Shown: positions 1-12,160, counted from the first letter of the stretch. The stretch: DNA of 64,000 bases from Octopus vulgaris (GCA_951406725.2 OX597814.1:163246001-163310000), one strand, 5' to 3'. A program made the numbers and translations. Notes: generated by a model not told the origin, from the letters alone.

Positions 1-152
1 ATGCGTCACATGTCAGATGACGAAATGATCGTAGAGCAACGTAAAATTAAATGTTTTGCTCAAGAACATAACACAACGCCTGGTCTGGAAATCGAAATTA
101 CGATCTCGTAATCGTGAGAGCAACACCCTAACCACTAAGTCATGCGCCTGCA
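1..152 (-). mobile_element. tRNA-derived SINE, 5' part
   Basis: Reverse strand begins GTGCAGGCGCATGACTTAGTGGTTAGGGTGTTG...GATTTCCAGACC (A/B-box-like tRNA head). Same family as 8790-8985 and 38745-38988. Confidence 0.75.
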
Positions 153-214
153 CATACATACATACAAACATACATACATACATACATACATACATACATA
201 CATACATACATACA

Positions 215-243
<29 letters not shown>
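153..243. repeat. (CATA)n microsatellite
   Basis: Direct tetranucleotide array; the overlapping ORFs are artefacts of it. Confidence 0.98.
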
Positions 244-245
<2 letters not shown>

Positions 246-461
246 CGATTAATACTCTACAACTGATCACGCTATCAGAGGCTATAAAAATCTGCAAGAC
301 CTTATAATTTAAAGGTGATGGTTAAACCAAGAGACTTTCCTTCACAAGCTTGCCGGTCAAAGTTTACTCTAAATTAAAAGGAAAAAAAAAAGAACATACA
401 TACATGTGTATTGACACATCCATCCATCCATACATACATACATACATACTGAAATCAACTG

Positions 462-540
<79 letters not shown>

Positions 541-615
541 CATATATATATATATATCGCACGCTCTCTCACTCTTCCTCTCTCTCCCTTTCTCTCTCTC
601 TCCCTCCCCTTTCTC
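462..615. repeat. (CT)n/(TA)n compound microsatellite
   Basis: Direct dinucleotide arrays. Confidence 0.95.
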
Positions 616-1153
616 TCTAGTTCGCTCTTTCAGAGCGGTAGTTGATATAAAAGGTGATGTGACGCATAGATTACTTTGGGACAATGAGAGGAAACCCAGC
701 AGTTTTTTAGTGTAATTGGTGTAAAACTACTTGTTCTAAACGAGTATCAAGAACACACACTCACACATGAATCATAAACTCCGTATTTCGCAAAAAAAAA
801 TAAATAAAGAGAAGAAATTCTGGAAAAAGTGAAGAAATGTTGGATCTCCGCCATGTGAATCAAAATACGTGTACCACCCTTTAACTAGCAATAATAATAA
901 CATCAATAACATAACAGCCAAAAGATTTATTTGTTCTGAATATTCACATTCATGTGCACAGTTAAACACACTTACATACAAACAGTCACGCATGCATAAT
1001 ACAGAACGTAACTTTTGATTTTCTGATATTTGTCACGCCCTATATTAACCCAGTTGGTTATCAGTTATATAGATATAGTAGCATATGCTTCATTATAACA
1101 GTGATATTCACAAACCTTTTACCTTTACAAAGAAACTTTTTCAGCACGATGCA

Positions 1154-1560
1154 TCTATTATATAAAATCCGTTCTGTCTGTCTGTGTGTGTGTCTTCTAG
1201 GATCTCGGACATCCTCCATCCGATTGCGCTCAAATATGATATGTAGATACCGACGCTATCAAGGTGTGTATAAGTCTTGAAAAACTTACAAAAATTGATT
1301 CCAGGTGAGAATGCGATTGATAAAGCCGTGGGAACGTGCATTTGTACGCGCAAGTACATCACCTGTTGCGACTGATACTACGCGTACGCGAGGAATATGT
1401 ACGTGCAGTTTGCGCAAAAAAAGCCGGCTGGCTTGAAATAATGCCACAAAATGGGACGTCGGACAAGTTGCTTTGAGAAAATTTGGTTTAAATGTTTGAC
1501 AACTCAGCACCATCCATTGGACGGAAGTCGTTTTGCTCGTATATCTTAAGAGTACAATTG
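1154..1560 (+). mobile_element. Probable non-autonomous Helitron-like element, 5' part
   Basis: Starts A|TCTATTATATAAAA followed by (GTCT)/(GT) repeats, a typical Helitron 5' terminus. 3' CTAG end not identified. Confidence 0.4.
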
Positions 1561-1645
1561 TATAGTAGTGAACCATTGGTGGTGAAACTAAAATACATCA
1601 TGTTTATATATATTTTCAGTTGCCTCAGTTTCAATTACCATAGTG

Positions 1646-2324
1646 CAGGCATGGGCAATCTGCAGTCCCGGGGGTGGGGGGCGAAATTTTTTTCCCACGA
1701 AAGTTCCGGACCCCAGTTATGAACTCATTTGCATACAGCCAACCAGAGCTCAACTATCAAACTAATTTATGAGCGCAAAACAAGTGATGGGCGATAAGAT
1801 AAGGTCACTTGGGTAAGGAATGACCATGCTTCTTTTCTCTTTTAATTATGCATGTTGTTCGTGTTCTTGTTTCAACCATGGCTGCCTCTGCATAATTATT
1901 TGTGTTGTTGTTTACTTTGTAAAACAGTAAGGGATGAGGGCTGCTAGCACATCACCCTCTACCCACATTTTTCCCATCCACATCTTTACCATATGAGGCC
2001 CTAACAAAATCCGATAATAGATATAGATGCAAATCTATCTAATTATTTGTCTCCTTCTAAAATCAGGCATAACTTGGCGGCGATCGGTCGACTTACAACA
2101 CCGTTCTTCGTCTTAAGTTTACTTGGTAGAGGGTGTTTGATAACTTGACAAGGTCAAGGTGAGCTCTGATTGGCTGTATGCATAACTGGGGTCTGGAATT
2201 CTCGAAGGAAAGAAAATTTCGCGTCCATGCGGGGTGGGTCCAAATGACATGTCTAACAAAAAAATTACCTAGAAATTTTTAGTAGTATGGTCCGCTTCAA
2301 GAAAAAAAAGGTTGCTAATGCCTG
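1646..2324. mobile_element. hAT (Charlie-like) non-autonomous element
   Basis: Imperfect TIRs CAGGCATGGGCAATCT ... AGGTTGCTAATGCCTG; no recognisable 8-bp TSD. Confidence 0.5.
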
Positions 2325-2461
2325 CTTTTGCACTACGAAGAAACCGCGCTATCAGAAAACATTAGATGAACGTATACATGAAAATTAACAATCTTGCTGT
2401 AGCTATGTAAAGTATATAGATGGCGTGTGTATGAAATGAACAAGTACCTCAAACTGATTGT

Positions 2462-2462
2462 T

Positions 2463-2506
<44 letters not shown>
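2462..2506. repeat. (GTA)n microsatellite
   Basis: Direct trinucleotide array. Confidence 0.95.
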
Positions 2507-3069
2507 CATAAACAAGGGTGTTTATATCTTTCAAAAGTGAAACTTAATTGGTTAGATAATATGAGCGATATGATGGGAGATATGCTGTTATAGATTAGAT
2601 CAGAGATGTATTGGCGAGTACAAATCATGCCGTATGGAGAAAAAAAAAGCAATTTTTTGGCCTCTGTTCCAATATGAGAATTTGGCATTACCATTATCGT
2701 GTTATATTCTTATATACTCTTTTCATTGTCGAGTCTCTTACTTGAAGTGAGCCTCTTACCTTTGGGAGTGACTTACAACTAGTAATCTTCATCCGTAATT
2801 AACTGTTGCTATTTTCGTTATTCTTATTGCTCTTGTCACCATTGTTGTTGTTGTTGTTGTTAAATCTGATAGAATGGCAGTACATTTCTCTCCATCACCT
2901 TCCTTTCCGAATGTAACTTACAAAAAATCAAGAGGACTAGGTAAAAAAGACAAGTGTTTAGCTTTTAATTCTTTCAATTATATCTACCATAGAGATAACT
3001 TAGGCGTTTAATAAAACACTATGAACACCACCAACAACAACAAGAACAACAGTTTGGTTCCTTCGATGA

Positions 3070-4054
3070 ACTCGCTCGTAATTCAGATATACTTAAGGAG
3101 ATTGACTTTAAATACAAGATCCATTCCCATCTGCACTGTCTTTATTTTCCAAAAATTTCGGTTGGCCATAATCACTAAGCAATTAAATTGCCTGCATTCC
3201 AGCAATAAGGATGACAGAGGGCCAACTCTCATAATGGATTCGACCAAAAGGGGGATTCGTCCTGCACATAACAACAATTGTTCGATGTTGCTCCACAAGC
3301 CAACAATGATCGGATCTTGAATGAATGCGTGCACAATGGTTCCCTAGCATTGCACATATTTCGTAGAGATCTGATAAACGGCCCTCTGTACTCGTAGAAG
3401 TTACCTTAATCCAGCAATGCCTCCGTGGAACAGCCAATCCAGGGATTTCTGAAAGTTCTCCATAGACCCTCATATCAAAAGTCCGCTGAAGCTAACCAGC
3501 TAGATGAGTCTCTTCTACGCCTAGAGGTTTTCTGAGAACGTTGTCGTACTTTCTCATCGTGTCGACGAAAACCGGAAAGCTCCACCGGTTGTGTTTCCTG
3601 ATAAAGAGCCGTGGGTGACTAACAACATTTCAGATGTTTTCATTTGATCCAGAGCTGCAATTCAGTTTAAGGGACGATGATTGACCCTATCGAAAGATTT
3701 CGATTGACCCAAATTGGTTATATCCTCGCCGTAGCCAGGATTATTACTTTTGATAGAGTCGTAAGGACATTGTCGTGACACGTGACGTATCTTGGCCGAC
3801 TCCAGAAACATCTGGCAAAACTCATACCTCTCCAGGTCTGGTTTCCTCCAGAAAGAAAGAGAGAGGGAAGAATTGACCTCTAGTATTTGACTGATAATCG
3901 ATTTATCAACTCGAAAGTGTGAAAGACAAAGTTGAACTTGTGGTTTTAACTCAGTGTACCGAGACAAAAATATGCTGTCTACATAATCCGACTCTGTCCA
4001 AATAGTCGAAAAGTCGTCCATAAAAGCAGGTTTTATTCCATTTCTCTGAAACAA
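3070..4054 (-). mobile_element. Decayed L1/Tx1-like LINE ORF2 remnant
   Basis: NLGQSKSFDRVNH resembles the RT motif LDQxKAFDRVxH; downstream C..TIVHAFIQxP...LW resembles the L1/Tx1 C-terminal CCHC knuckle. Stops and internal deletions present. Confidence 0.6.
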
Positions 4055-4489
4055 ACGAACGTGCCAAAAGTAGCAATTTAGATTGACTGCAATAGCAACT
4101 AAAACAAAGAAATGTATTTATATGATTTTTTTTCTTGCGTGTTATCTAATCTGCATCATAAAGCCGAGTGACTAATAAAATTCAATATTTCTGTCCAAGC
4201 CTGATGAAATGCTTTCAATTTTATGGGAAGTTGGTCAAATAGAAATCAACTAATGTCCTTTACTGATTGCATGGAAAAGGTATATAATAAAAGTGTGTTT
4301 GCAGCAGCTACATTATAAAAGATGTTTTAGCCTTGGCCATCTCATCTTTTTATATGTTCAAGCATATCCAATACGTCTCTCATTTTTTAAGGTGTAAGGG
4401 ATAGTGTCATTTGGTGGTTGTTGTCACTATGTATACCACCATATTTCTACCGATTACTGTGGGATAAGATTATTAAAGAATAAATTTAG

Positions 4490-4742
4490 GCGAAAGCATG
4501 GCTGTGTTGTAAGAAGTTTACTTCTTAACCGCATGGTTTCAAGTTCAAACAAAGGCCCTGTGAGATGGAAGCCCTTCACGCGCGCGCGCGCGCGCGTGTG
4601 TGTGTGTGCCTGTATCTGTGTCTGTGTGCGTGTGTGTGTGTGTGTGGTGTCTTTGTCGATTTTTTTCGACTAAACCCTTTAAGGTGGTGTCATCCAGCAT
4701 GACCGCAGTCCAGTGACTGAAATAAGTATAATATAAAAGATA
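4490..4742 (+). mobile_element. Degraded tRNA-derived SINE (abundant family)
   Basis: GGCTGTGTTGTAAGAAG...GGTTTCAAGTTCA head, internal (GT)n and CCAGCATGACCGCAGTC...ACTGAAA tail; same family as 47296-47700. Confidence 0.7.
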
Positions 4743-5250
4743 AGATGTATTTTAACTGATAAACAATTTAACCCATAGAAAAGGAATAAGTACTTGCTTC
4801 TTTATTCAATAAATAAACTTGGTTTTAGAATTTCAGCTCTACTTTATGCATTTTTTAAAACACAGTTTTATCGTTCCCACTACTCACCTAGGTATATTTC
4901 GTGTAAGAATTTAGAGGCACTATTTGTGAGACACTGATAACAGTTCCTTAATGTTAATGGGATTTTACTGATTTTAGTGGTGATGTTAGTGGGTGAGAAG
5001 ATGGTAGTGGTAGGAGAAAGAGTGAAGTCATAGATTCATTAACTGACTCGTAAACACGGCACTTATAATCTCAAGTATTCGCTGGCGTATGATGACATGT
5101 ATACATTTACATGTGTGTGCGCGTGTGTGTGTGTGTGTGTGTGGGTGTACATACATACACAGAGGAGAGAGGATGAAAGAAAAGGAAAAAGAGTTAGTGA
5201 AAGACATACACATACATTGATTTGTATGTATGAGTGTGTTGCTTTTGTAT

Positions 5251-5315
<65 letters not shown>

Positions 5316-6473
5316 GCTCTCCTACAACTTTGGTGACACTTTTCCGCAGCCTGTAATTCGTTCATACAAAAGGCAATCGTTAATTTTTTTATATATAGCA
5401 ATCACAGGATTTATCTTTGTCACAAAATAGTCGACATTCGACTCCAATGATGTCACTGAATTAATCGTTTAGTTTTCATACTGCCTCACGTTGTGATGTC
5501 GCTGCTGACCAGTCGCAGCTCGCCATAAATTCAGGTGCTAAACTCACCGGTTGTTGTTACTCTCAGCGTCTCACTGGCTGGTTTTCAGCCTAGAACTGGC
5601 TATAGGAAACTCTGGCGCCAAATTCAGAAATTCATTTCTGAGCCTAGTTTTATCTCTTCCAAAAGCATAAATAACGATGATGCCAGAGTTCACCTAGCAG
5701 GCACTGTTCTTTTCTGGGTTTCTTTTCTGTATAGTTTTTTGTGATGTAGTGAGTTGGCCGAATTGCTCTTCTTTGTGCCTTCCTGGTGCGATGTGGATTT
5801 ATCTAGTATCTCACATAAAAATTCATCCGAACGTTCCTTGAAGACCACCACATCTACAACTCACGAATTTCTGAGGTTGTTTGGTAGAATGTTGCATCAA
5901 GTGGAAAATCAAAGAAAAATCCATCCATATGTTAATGTATCAAAAAATGCAAGTTATGTACAGCTGAAAAATTGCATATCCTTTTTAGATCTAAGAATTC
6001 CGCCACACTGCTGAATTCCAGATCAGAAATTTTCAGCAAATGTTAACACGAGAACAAGTTTCTTTTGTCGAATGGGAGAACACCACCCTCTGTGGATTGA
6101 CTAGCTGTATCTCTGTTGATTCAACATCATCTGGCCTTATGACTCTACGATTGAAGGGGACATGACTCTACCTCTCTTCTTTTTTCCTCTCTTCTCCATT
6201 TTTTTGTACCCTTCCATTCTTTACTTCTATGGTCATCTCATTTATTCCCGTGATTTCTTTTGCTTTATTTTCCTGATTTGTAAATTGTAATGGTCATGAA
6301 CTTAGATCCTAAAGATTACTCAGAGACACCAGGTGTGTTTTAAAACCTGCCTAGATCACATCTTCAATGTTATTAGTAGTTCATTAATATATGCTGTCTA
6401 CATTAAACAATATTTATTTCTCACCATATGGTGTACTTTTTCTCTTCATCTCAAGTAAACGATATATATGTGA

Positions 6474-6546
<73 letters not shown>

Positions 6547-6683
6547 CATGTATGTATGTATGTATGTATGTTTGTATGTATGTATAATGGTGATACTTTA
6601 AGAAAAATAAAGTAATACAGTACAGTTAAAAGACATGGGTAAGCAACGCATTGTGTCCCATCCACACCTTTTTCATTATTACT

Positions 6684-6694
6684 ATTATTATTAT

Positions 6695-6741
<47 letters not shown>

Positions 6742-6742
6742 T
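6684..6742. repeat. (TTA)n/(CTA)n microsatellite at the Dong 3' junction
   Basis: Direct trinucleotide arrays. Confidence 0.95.
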
Positions 6743-7773
6743 TCGCATACACTCAACAGATTAGACTGTTCGAAAAGAAAAGAAACCTAACATCGAAAAG
6801 AAAAGAAACCTAATAACAAGTAGCCTTAGATGCCAAGAACCCTCCAAAGTATTCTAGTTGTTCCTAATAATACTGTTTTCTGCAGCTCTACTAAATTGGG
6901 TTTTGTGCCTATTTCCTCTAGCCATCTGTTCAGATGTTTAGGGAAAGTTCTCAATGCACTTATAACTACTGGGATACATTTTACCCGCACTTTCCATAGT
7001 CTCTGTAATTCAATAGCTGGGTCCTGGTACTTTGCTAGTTTTTCTAAACCTCTCATATTGATTTTTTTCTCATTTGGGACTGTAAAGTTAATTATCTGAC
7101 ACTTTCTATTCTCTTTATCTACTATTATCAAATCGGGCATTCTAGCTTCTATTACTCTATTGAATGTTGAAGTCCTACAACATCTTGTATTTCTTACTTT
7201 CTAGTACTTTGCTAAATTCATGTTCATACCATTTATCAGTATGTTCAGGTCCTAGCTTTCTACAATGGATTGCTCTCCCTAGATTGTCATGTCTTTTCTT
7301 GTATTCTTTCTGTGTCAGCAGGCTACATTCACTTACTATATGAATTACGCTTTCCTCTTTAGATTTGCTTAATCTACATTGGCAATCTCCTTAGTTTTTG
7401 TCTATTTTGACTTTTATCCAATTAGTCCTTAATGCTTGATCTTGTGTAGCTACTAACAAACTTTCTATTTCCTTCTTCAGTTTTCTTTCTGCAACCATAA
7501 CCATGACTCACTACTACTATTTACTGAGACTGGCTTTGTTAGTCTACTGTGCAATGCCTTCTCCTGCCAGTCAGATAATTTCTGTTATTTATTCTGGTTT
7601 TTAACTTCATTTGGGTGAAAATTCCTCTTTTGATATTAACTTTCCCTAAGAGTGTGTCACCTGAGTATAGATCTACTTTCCATATCTTCATGTTACAGCT
7701 AATTAATTCTCTTATGTTGTCTGCTATACTGAACATATTCAAACATTCGCTTATCTATGAGTGTGGGATCATG
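6743..7773 (-). mobile_element. Dong/R4-clade non-LTR retrotransposon (restriction-like endonuclease), 5'-truncated and internally deleted
   Basis: RT fragment MIPHS*I.ECL.MF.IA...KRGIF, then QDQALRTNWIK, a CCHC-like region (HIVSEC), RHDN, and the RLE motif PDLIIVDK...EK..KY..L..E...LW...IPVVI...LQKTVLLGT ending at 6826. Confidence 0.9.
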
Positions 7774-7793
7774 TAATAATAATAATAATAATA

Positions 7794-7864
<71 letters not shown>

Positions 7865-7920
7865 CATTATTATTATTATTATTATCATTATTATTATTAT
7901 TATTATCATCATTATTATTA

Positions 7921-7970
<50 letters not shown>
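7774..7970. repeat. (TAA)7 followed by long (TTA)n microsatellite
   Basis: Direct arrays with an orientation switch at ~7794. Confidence 0.98.
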
Positions 7971-8526
7971 GAGTGAGAGAGCAGTGCATGCCATCAAAGT
8001 GACACTGGGGTAAAATATACGAAGCCCAGTATACCCATCATGACTACCCGTCTGATAAGGGTACACCAAGCACATGCATCACAACCATATGTGCGCGACA
8101 GGGTGATCTCATATCAAGATGAACAGCACATGACCTTGCAGGTGGGGGCCCAGTTAGAATTTTCTTCTGGTCGAGTAACCCATTCTGCTCAAAAGGTCCC
8201 TGAATAAGGGTTGTTTAAGGATGTTGAACGAAACACCCATGTTTCCAGAGGTGAATTATTCAAACCCCAAAGAATCCCTCTCAACACATGGCTATGATGC
8301 TTCCCCACTACTTCTGCTCGTGATCAGAGATGCACATATCATCAGCCACTAAGGGACATGCTCAACTGGTTAAGGTCAAACAACTGACAAGCAAATCTGT
8401 GGTATTGAGCAGAATATTTGCTGTAGCCCATCTTTTATACCAAGACAAAACAATGTACATGATAACACTTCCAATCAGTTAAGATCAGAAGCCATGAGAA
8501 CCACTGCCTGGTACTGCATCAGGGCA
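7971..8526 (-). mobile_element. ~555-bp non-coding element inserted within a (TAA)n array
   Basis: Complex non-coding sequence bounded exactly by (TTA)n on both sides; terminal hairpins; no ORF. Orientation inferred from the longer (AAT)n tract. Confidence 0.65.
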
Positions 8527-8532
8527 TTATTA

Positions 8533-8579
<47 letters not shown>

Positions 8580-8789
8580 TGTTAATTGACCGAGAAGCAC
8601 TAAGTTACGGAACTCAGTAGGCAAAAGTAAAGTATTCGTTAATATACTGAAAAGCTCATAATTTCTGCTACATTGAGTTTCACGTTTCCGATCGTTCATC
8701 TGGTAATCTGCGTCTATTTCCTAGAGAATAGTCTGTTGCTTCAGAACATTTCGAAATGTTATGCATTGGTTACCAGAAAATGCTATTTT

Positions 8790-8985
8790 TTCTTTTTTTG
8801 TTTATAGTGATCAAACGTTTGCGTAGACATAAGCTCACTCCCTCCATCAGATTGACATTACCTGTAGAGATGGAACGGGTCCAACATGTCAGATATCGAA
8901 ATGATCGCAGAGTAACGGGAAATGAAGTGCTTTGCTCAATAATATAACGCAACGCCCGGTCTGAGAATCGAACCCACGATTCCAT
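8790..8985 (-). mobile_element. tRNA-derived SINE fragment
   Basis: Shares GAAATGAAGTGCTTTGCTCAA...GAATCGAACCCACGAT with 1-152 and 38745-38988. Confidence 0.7.
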
Positions 8986-9289
8986 ATGAACAATAGCAAT
9001 AATAGCAACCAGAATTATAATTATAGATCAATAAATAGCAACAATGTCAACATGAGTGAACAAACCATACTTAACACAACTAGGATCAGGATAGGAACTA
9101 TGGTTTGACAGCCAATAAAATAGAAGAGACCCGAATGAACTCACCCATTAGCCTAGAAGTAGAAGATGTGAATCCTAAAAAAGCACAGTACTCAGAATAT
9201 TGTCTATGTATAAAAGACTAATAGCTTAGAAGATAGACAGGAAAATGTAGAAGTCACATCTGGAGAACGTGAAGCGGATAATATTAACA

Positions 9290-10195
9290 GAAGTAGTAGA
9301 ACTTTTAAATGCGACTGTGCAAAGAACAGGGTTTGTCTGCTTAACTCTAATTGTAGGCATAAAAATATCGTATACAGATGTAAAATTACCTCACAGAATA
9401 GAGAGTATTTCTATATAGGAGCTAGTTCATGTTATATTAAGCAAAGAATTGCAAATCATTTAAGTTCGTTTAGGAATAGGAACAAAATGAATGCTATAGT
9501 ACCAAAGTATTTTCCATTGCTTGGGAAATGATTAGCAAGGCAAAACCTTATAGAATTGATGATAATAGATGTGTGGAAGAATTGTACCGAATTTTCACTT
9601 CTAAATTCACTCTAAGTCCACAAAATATACGTTTAAACTTTTAAATAAACATAACTTAACATCTATAGTAATTATAATATTTAAAATAATGATTGTGATA
9701 ATTAATTGTGATATTTACGTAAATAATACTAGTAAATATAATTATAATAATAATTACAATAATATTAATTGAGGGCATAAACCCGAAATAAGTGAAATAC
9801 CTCTGAATAAATAATGTACTTAATACAGTAAAATGTAAACAAAACTGCTACAAATAACTATAATATAAAGGAACATTTTAGAATCACGATTTAGCTGTAA
9901 TATCAGTAAAGGTATTTATTAGACCAGAATTCAATTCGATTCAAATAGTAACGCTATCACCTTCAACTGAATACCAACGCAGGAAGCTTGTTTGAATTAG
10001 TTCACTTTGAAAACGTCGTAAGTGATGGACCCTTGATGAAACAGTAACGACTAGGATGTATAATTGCATACAGAGCAATGTGCAGTTGCTGCAGTAGAAA
10101 CATACGTTGGACATTGTTGTATATGCTGTAGAAAACTTTTAATAAAAGAAGTTTGGGATGTGAATAAATCTCCATTTTCCTCTTGTTTTTCATTT
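9290..10195 (+). mobile_element. Penelope-like (Naiad-type) GIY-YIG endonuclease fragment and 3' region
   Basis: Translation CDCAKNRVCLLNSNCRHKNIVYRCKI...YFYIGASSCYIKQRIANHLSSFR gives CxCx5Cx5C plus GIY-YIG; 3' extent approximate. Confidence 0.8.
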
Positions 10196-10964
10196 ACACA
10201 CACACACACACACACACATACCCCACATTGCTTGCCTCGTGAGGAGGGTAGTTAGAAACCCAGCGGGACTAAAATCAAGACCAGTCAAGAGGACGGATGA
10301 ACCTAGTGTAGTCTCAAAGACTGTCTAACAATAGCACAAACCGTTAGAAATTTCAGGCTGGTATCTAACGTGCTGGAAGACCACAGGGGAGTGAGGCAAC
10401 CCCTAGCTTTTGTTAATGTATGTCTCTAGAACCCACTTCATACCCAGGCTACATCTGCTCTGGTAATTAGTCAGCGTATCTTCTGCGACGGTCGACAATC
10501 GACGGCAAGATGAGCTGCTGTGGATCGTACTATTTCACACTATCTCATGAAAGTTAAGCCGAAACAATACGCTTAAGTGCCCAGAAAAATCAATATTTAC
10601 CTGTAAAAATATGTTGAAATGCTTTATTTTCGACAAGATGTCAATATAGGGACGATTTCTACCAGATCTACGCTATTTGGAAGCGAGAGAACATTTTTCT
10701 TGAAAATTTCACATGCATTTTTGTTATGCGCGTTATACAATGTAAATGAGAATTGCGGCCACAGACATTGCTGTCCAGCAATCACATTTGCATTTTTTCT
10801 TAAATTTCAAGTTCGATGTAAATAAACACCATAATGTTTTTACGTTTATGCTACGCAGGAGAAATTCCATATTTTCGGGTGAGAAAAGTTATTTCGTGTG
10901 ATGTTACATGTGCCACACACATTTTGGATCTTCGTAAAAAAATTGAACATGTTTTCTGTGGGGC

Positions 10965-11214
10965 GAGGCGTGGGTGCGTGTATGTGTCTGTGCCTGTGTG
11001 TGTAAGTGTTTGTCCCAAGCAGTTTGACAACCGGTGTTATTTTATTTATACCCCAATAACTTAACGGTTCGGCAAAAGATGCCACTAGAATAAGTATCAG
11101 ACTTTAAAAAAACCAATGAGTACTGAGGTGGAGCGATTCGTTCGACTAAAGTTCTTTAAGGCAGTAACCAAGTATGGCTGCAGTCTAATGGCTAAAACAA
11201 ATAAAAGACAAAAG

Positions 11215-11215
<1 letters not shown>
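10965..11215 (+). mobile_element. SINE, 3' part
   Basis: TTGACAACCG...TAACTTAACGGTTCGGCAAAAGA...AGAATAAGTA, as in 62297-62690. Confidence 0.75.
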
Positions 11216-11273
<58 letters not shown>

Positions 11274-11439
11274 CGTAAAGTGTACTAGCCATCTGAATGT
11301 GGCTAGCCACTGGGGGTGGGGTGTTACTGATGCTTTTAGCCCCAGGAGATCAACGTCACCAGCTGGCCTTAGACACAAAATTTCAGTGCCCTTGTGTTAT
11401 TTGCAAAGGGAGGTCATCCTCCCTCGAAAACCTAAGTGA

Positions 11440-11489
11440 TACATACGGACTATAGTTTCAAGGTAATTGCCTCTCGTCAACGCATGGTA
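11440..11489 (-). ncRNA. Minimal type I hammerhead ribozyme (inverted copy)
   Basis: Exact reverse complement of 11809-11858. Confidence 0.8.
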
Positions 11490-11808
11490 AACACCGGTTT
11501 TCGATGAAAGAGACCTTTGCAAATAATAATATTTAACGTTTTTCACAGCAACCACTGTCACTGATTTAGAAGGCCAGCTGGTGACGTTGATCTCCTGGGG
11601 CTAAAAGCATCAGTAACACCCCACCCCCAGTGGCTAGCCACATTCAGATGGCTAGTACACTTTACGTTGTCGAGCGGTTACTGTTTATATCTCGTTCAGA
11701 GATTTATTAATGCTTTCAGACAGTTTTTCTAAATCAGTGACAGTGGTTGCTGTGAAAAACGTTAAATATTATTATTTGCAAAGGTCTCCTTCATCGAAAA
11801 CCGGTGTT

Positions 11809-11858
11809 TACCATGCGTTGACGAGAGGCAATTACCTTGAAACTATAGTCCGTATGTA
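11809..11858 (+). ncRNA. Minimal type I hammerhead ribozyme
   Basis: Stem I CAUGCG/CGUAUG, core UUGACGA, stem II GAGG-caauua-CCUU, GAAA, palindromic stem III ACUAUAGU, GUC site (predicted cut after 11850). Confidence 0.8.
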
Positions 11859-12064
11859 TCACTTAGGTTTTCGAGGGAAGATGACCTCCCTTTGCAAATA
11901 ACACAAGGGCACTGAAATTTTGTGTCTAAGGCCAGCTGGTGACGTTGATCTCCTAGGGCTAAAAGCATCAGTAACACCCCACCCCCAGTGGCTAGCCACA
12001 TTCAGATGGCTAGTACACTTTACGTTGCCGAGCGGTTACTGTTTATATCTCGTTCAGAGATTTA

Positions 12065-12159
<95 letters not shown>

Positions 12160-12160
<1 letters not shown>

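Larger units (their letters stand above)
11272..12069 (+). mobile_element. Non-autonomous hammerhead-bearing element (retrozyme/PLE-like): 358-nt unit in partial tandem plus 300-bp inverted copy
   Basis: 11570-11711 repeats at 11928-12069 (2 mismatches seen); 11272-11571 is the reverse complement of 11727-12026; flanked by (TA)n on both sides. Confidence 0.85.

Noticed and set aside
5430-6170. Complex, moderately GC-rich segment with short ORFs (possible LTR-element gag remnant or exon)
   Set aside because: No motif, LTR pair or splice pair that I can recognise with confidence.
7755-8075. Poly-N/poly-Y/poly-I ORFs and other low-complexity ORFs in the track
   Set aside because: They are translations of microsatellites or antisense frames of transposon sequence.
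8440-8526. Possible ribozyme or snRNA-derived head of the TAA-inserted element (CTGATGCA motif)
   Set aside because: It lacks the hammerhead GAAA/stem arrangement, and I could not fit an HDV pseudoknot or an snRNA alignment.
9762-9792. GA-GGG-cataaa-CCC-GAAA hammerhead-like stem II
   Set aside because: The upstream core is TTAATTGA and no stem I or III can be drawn.
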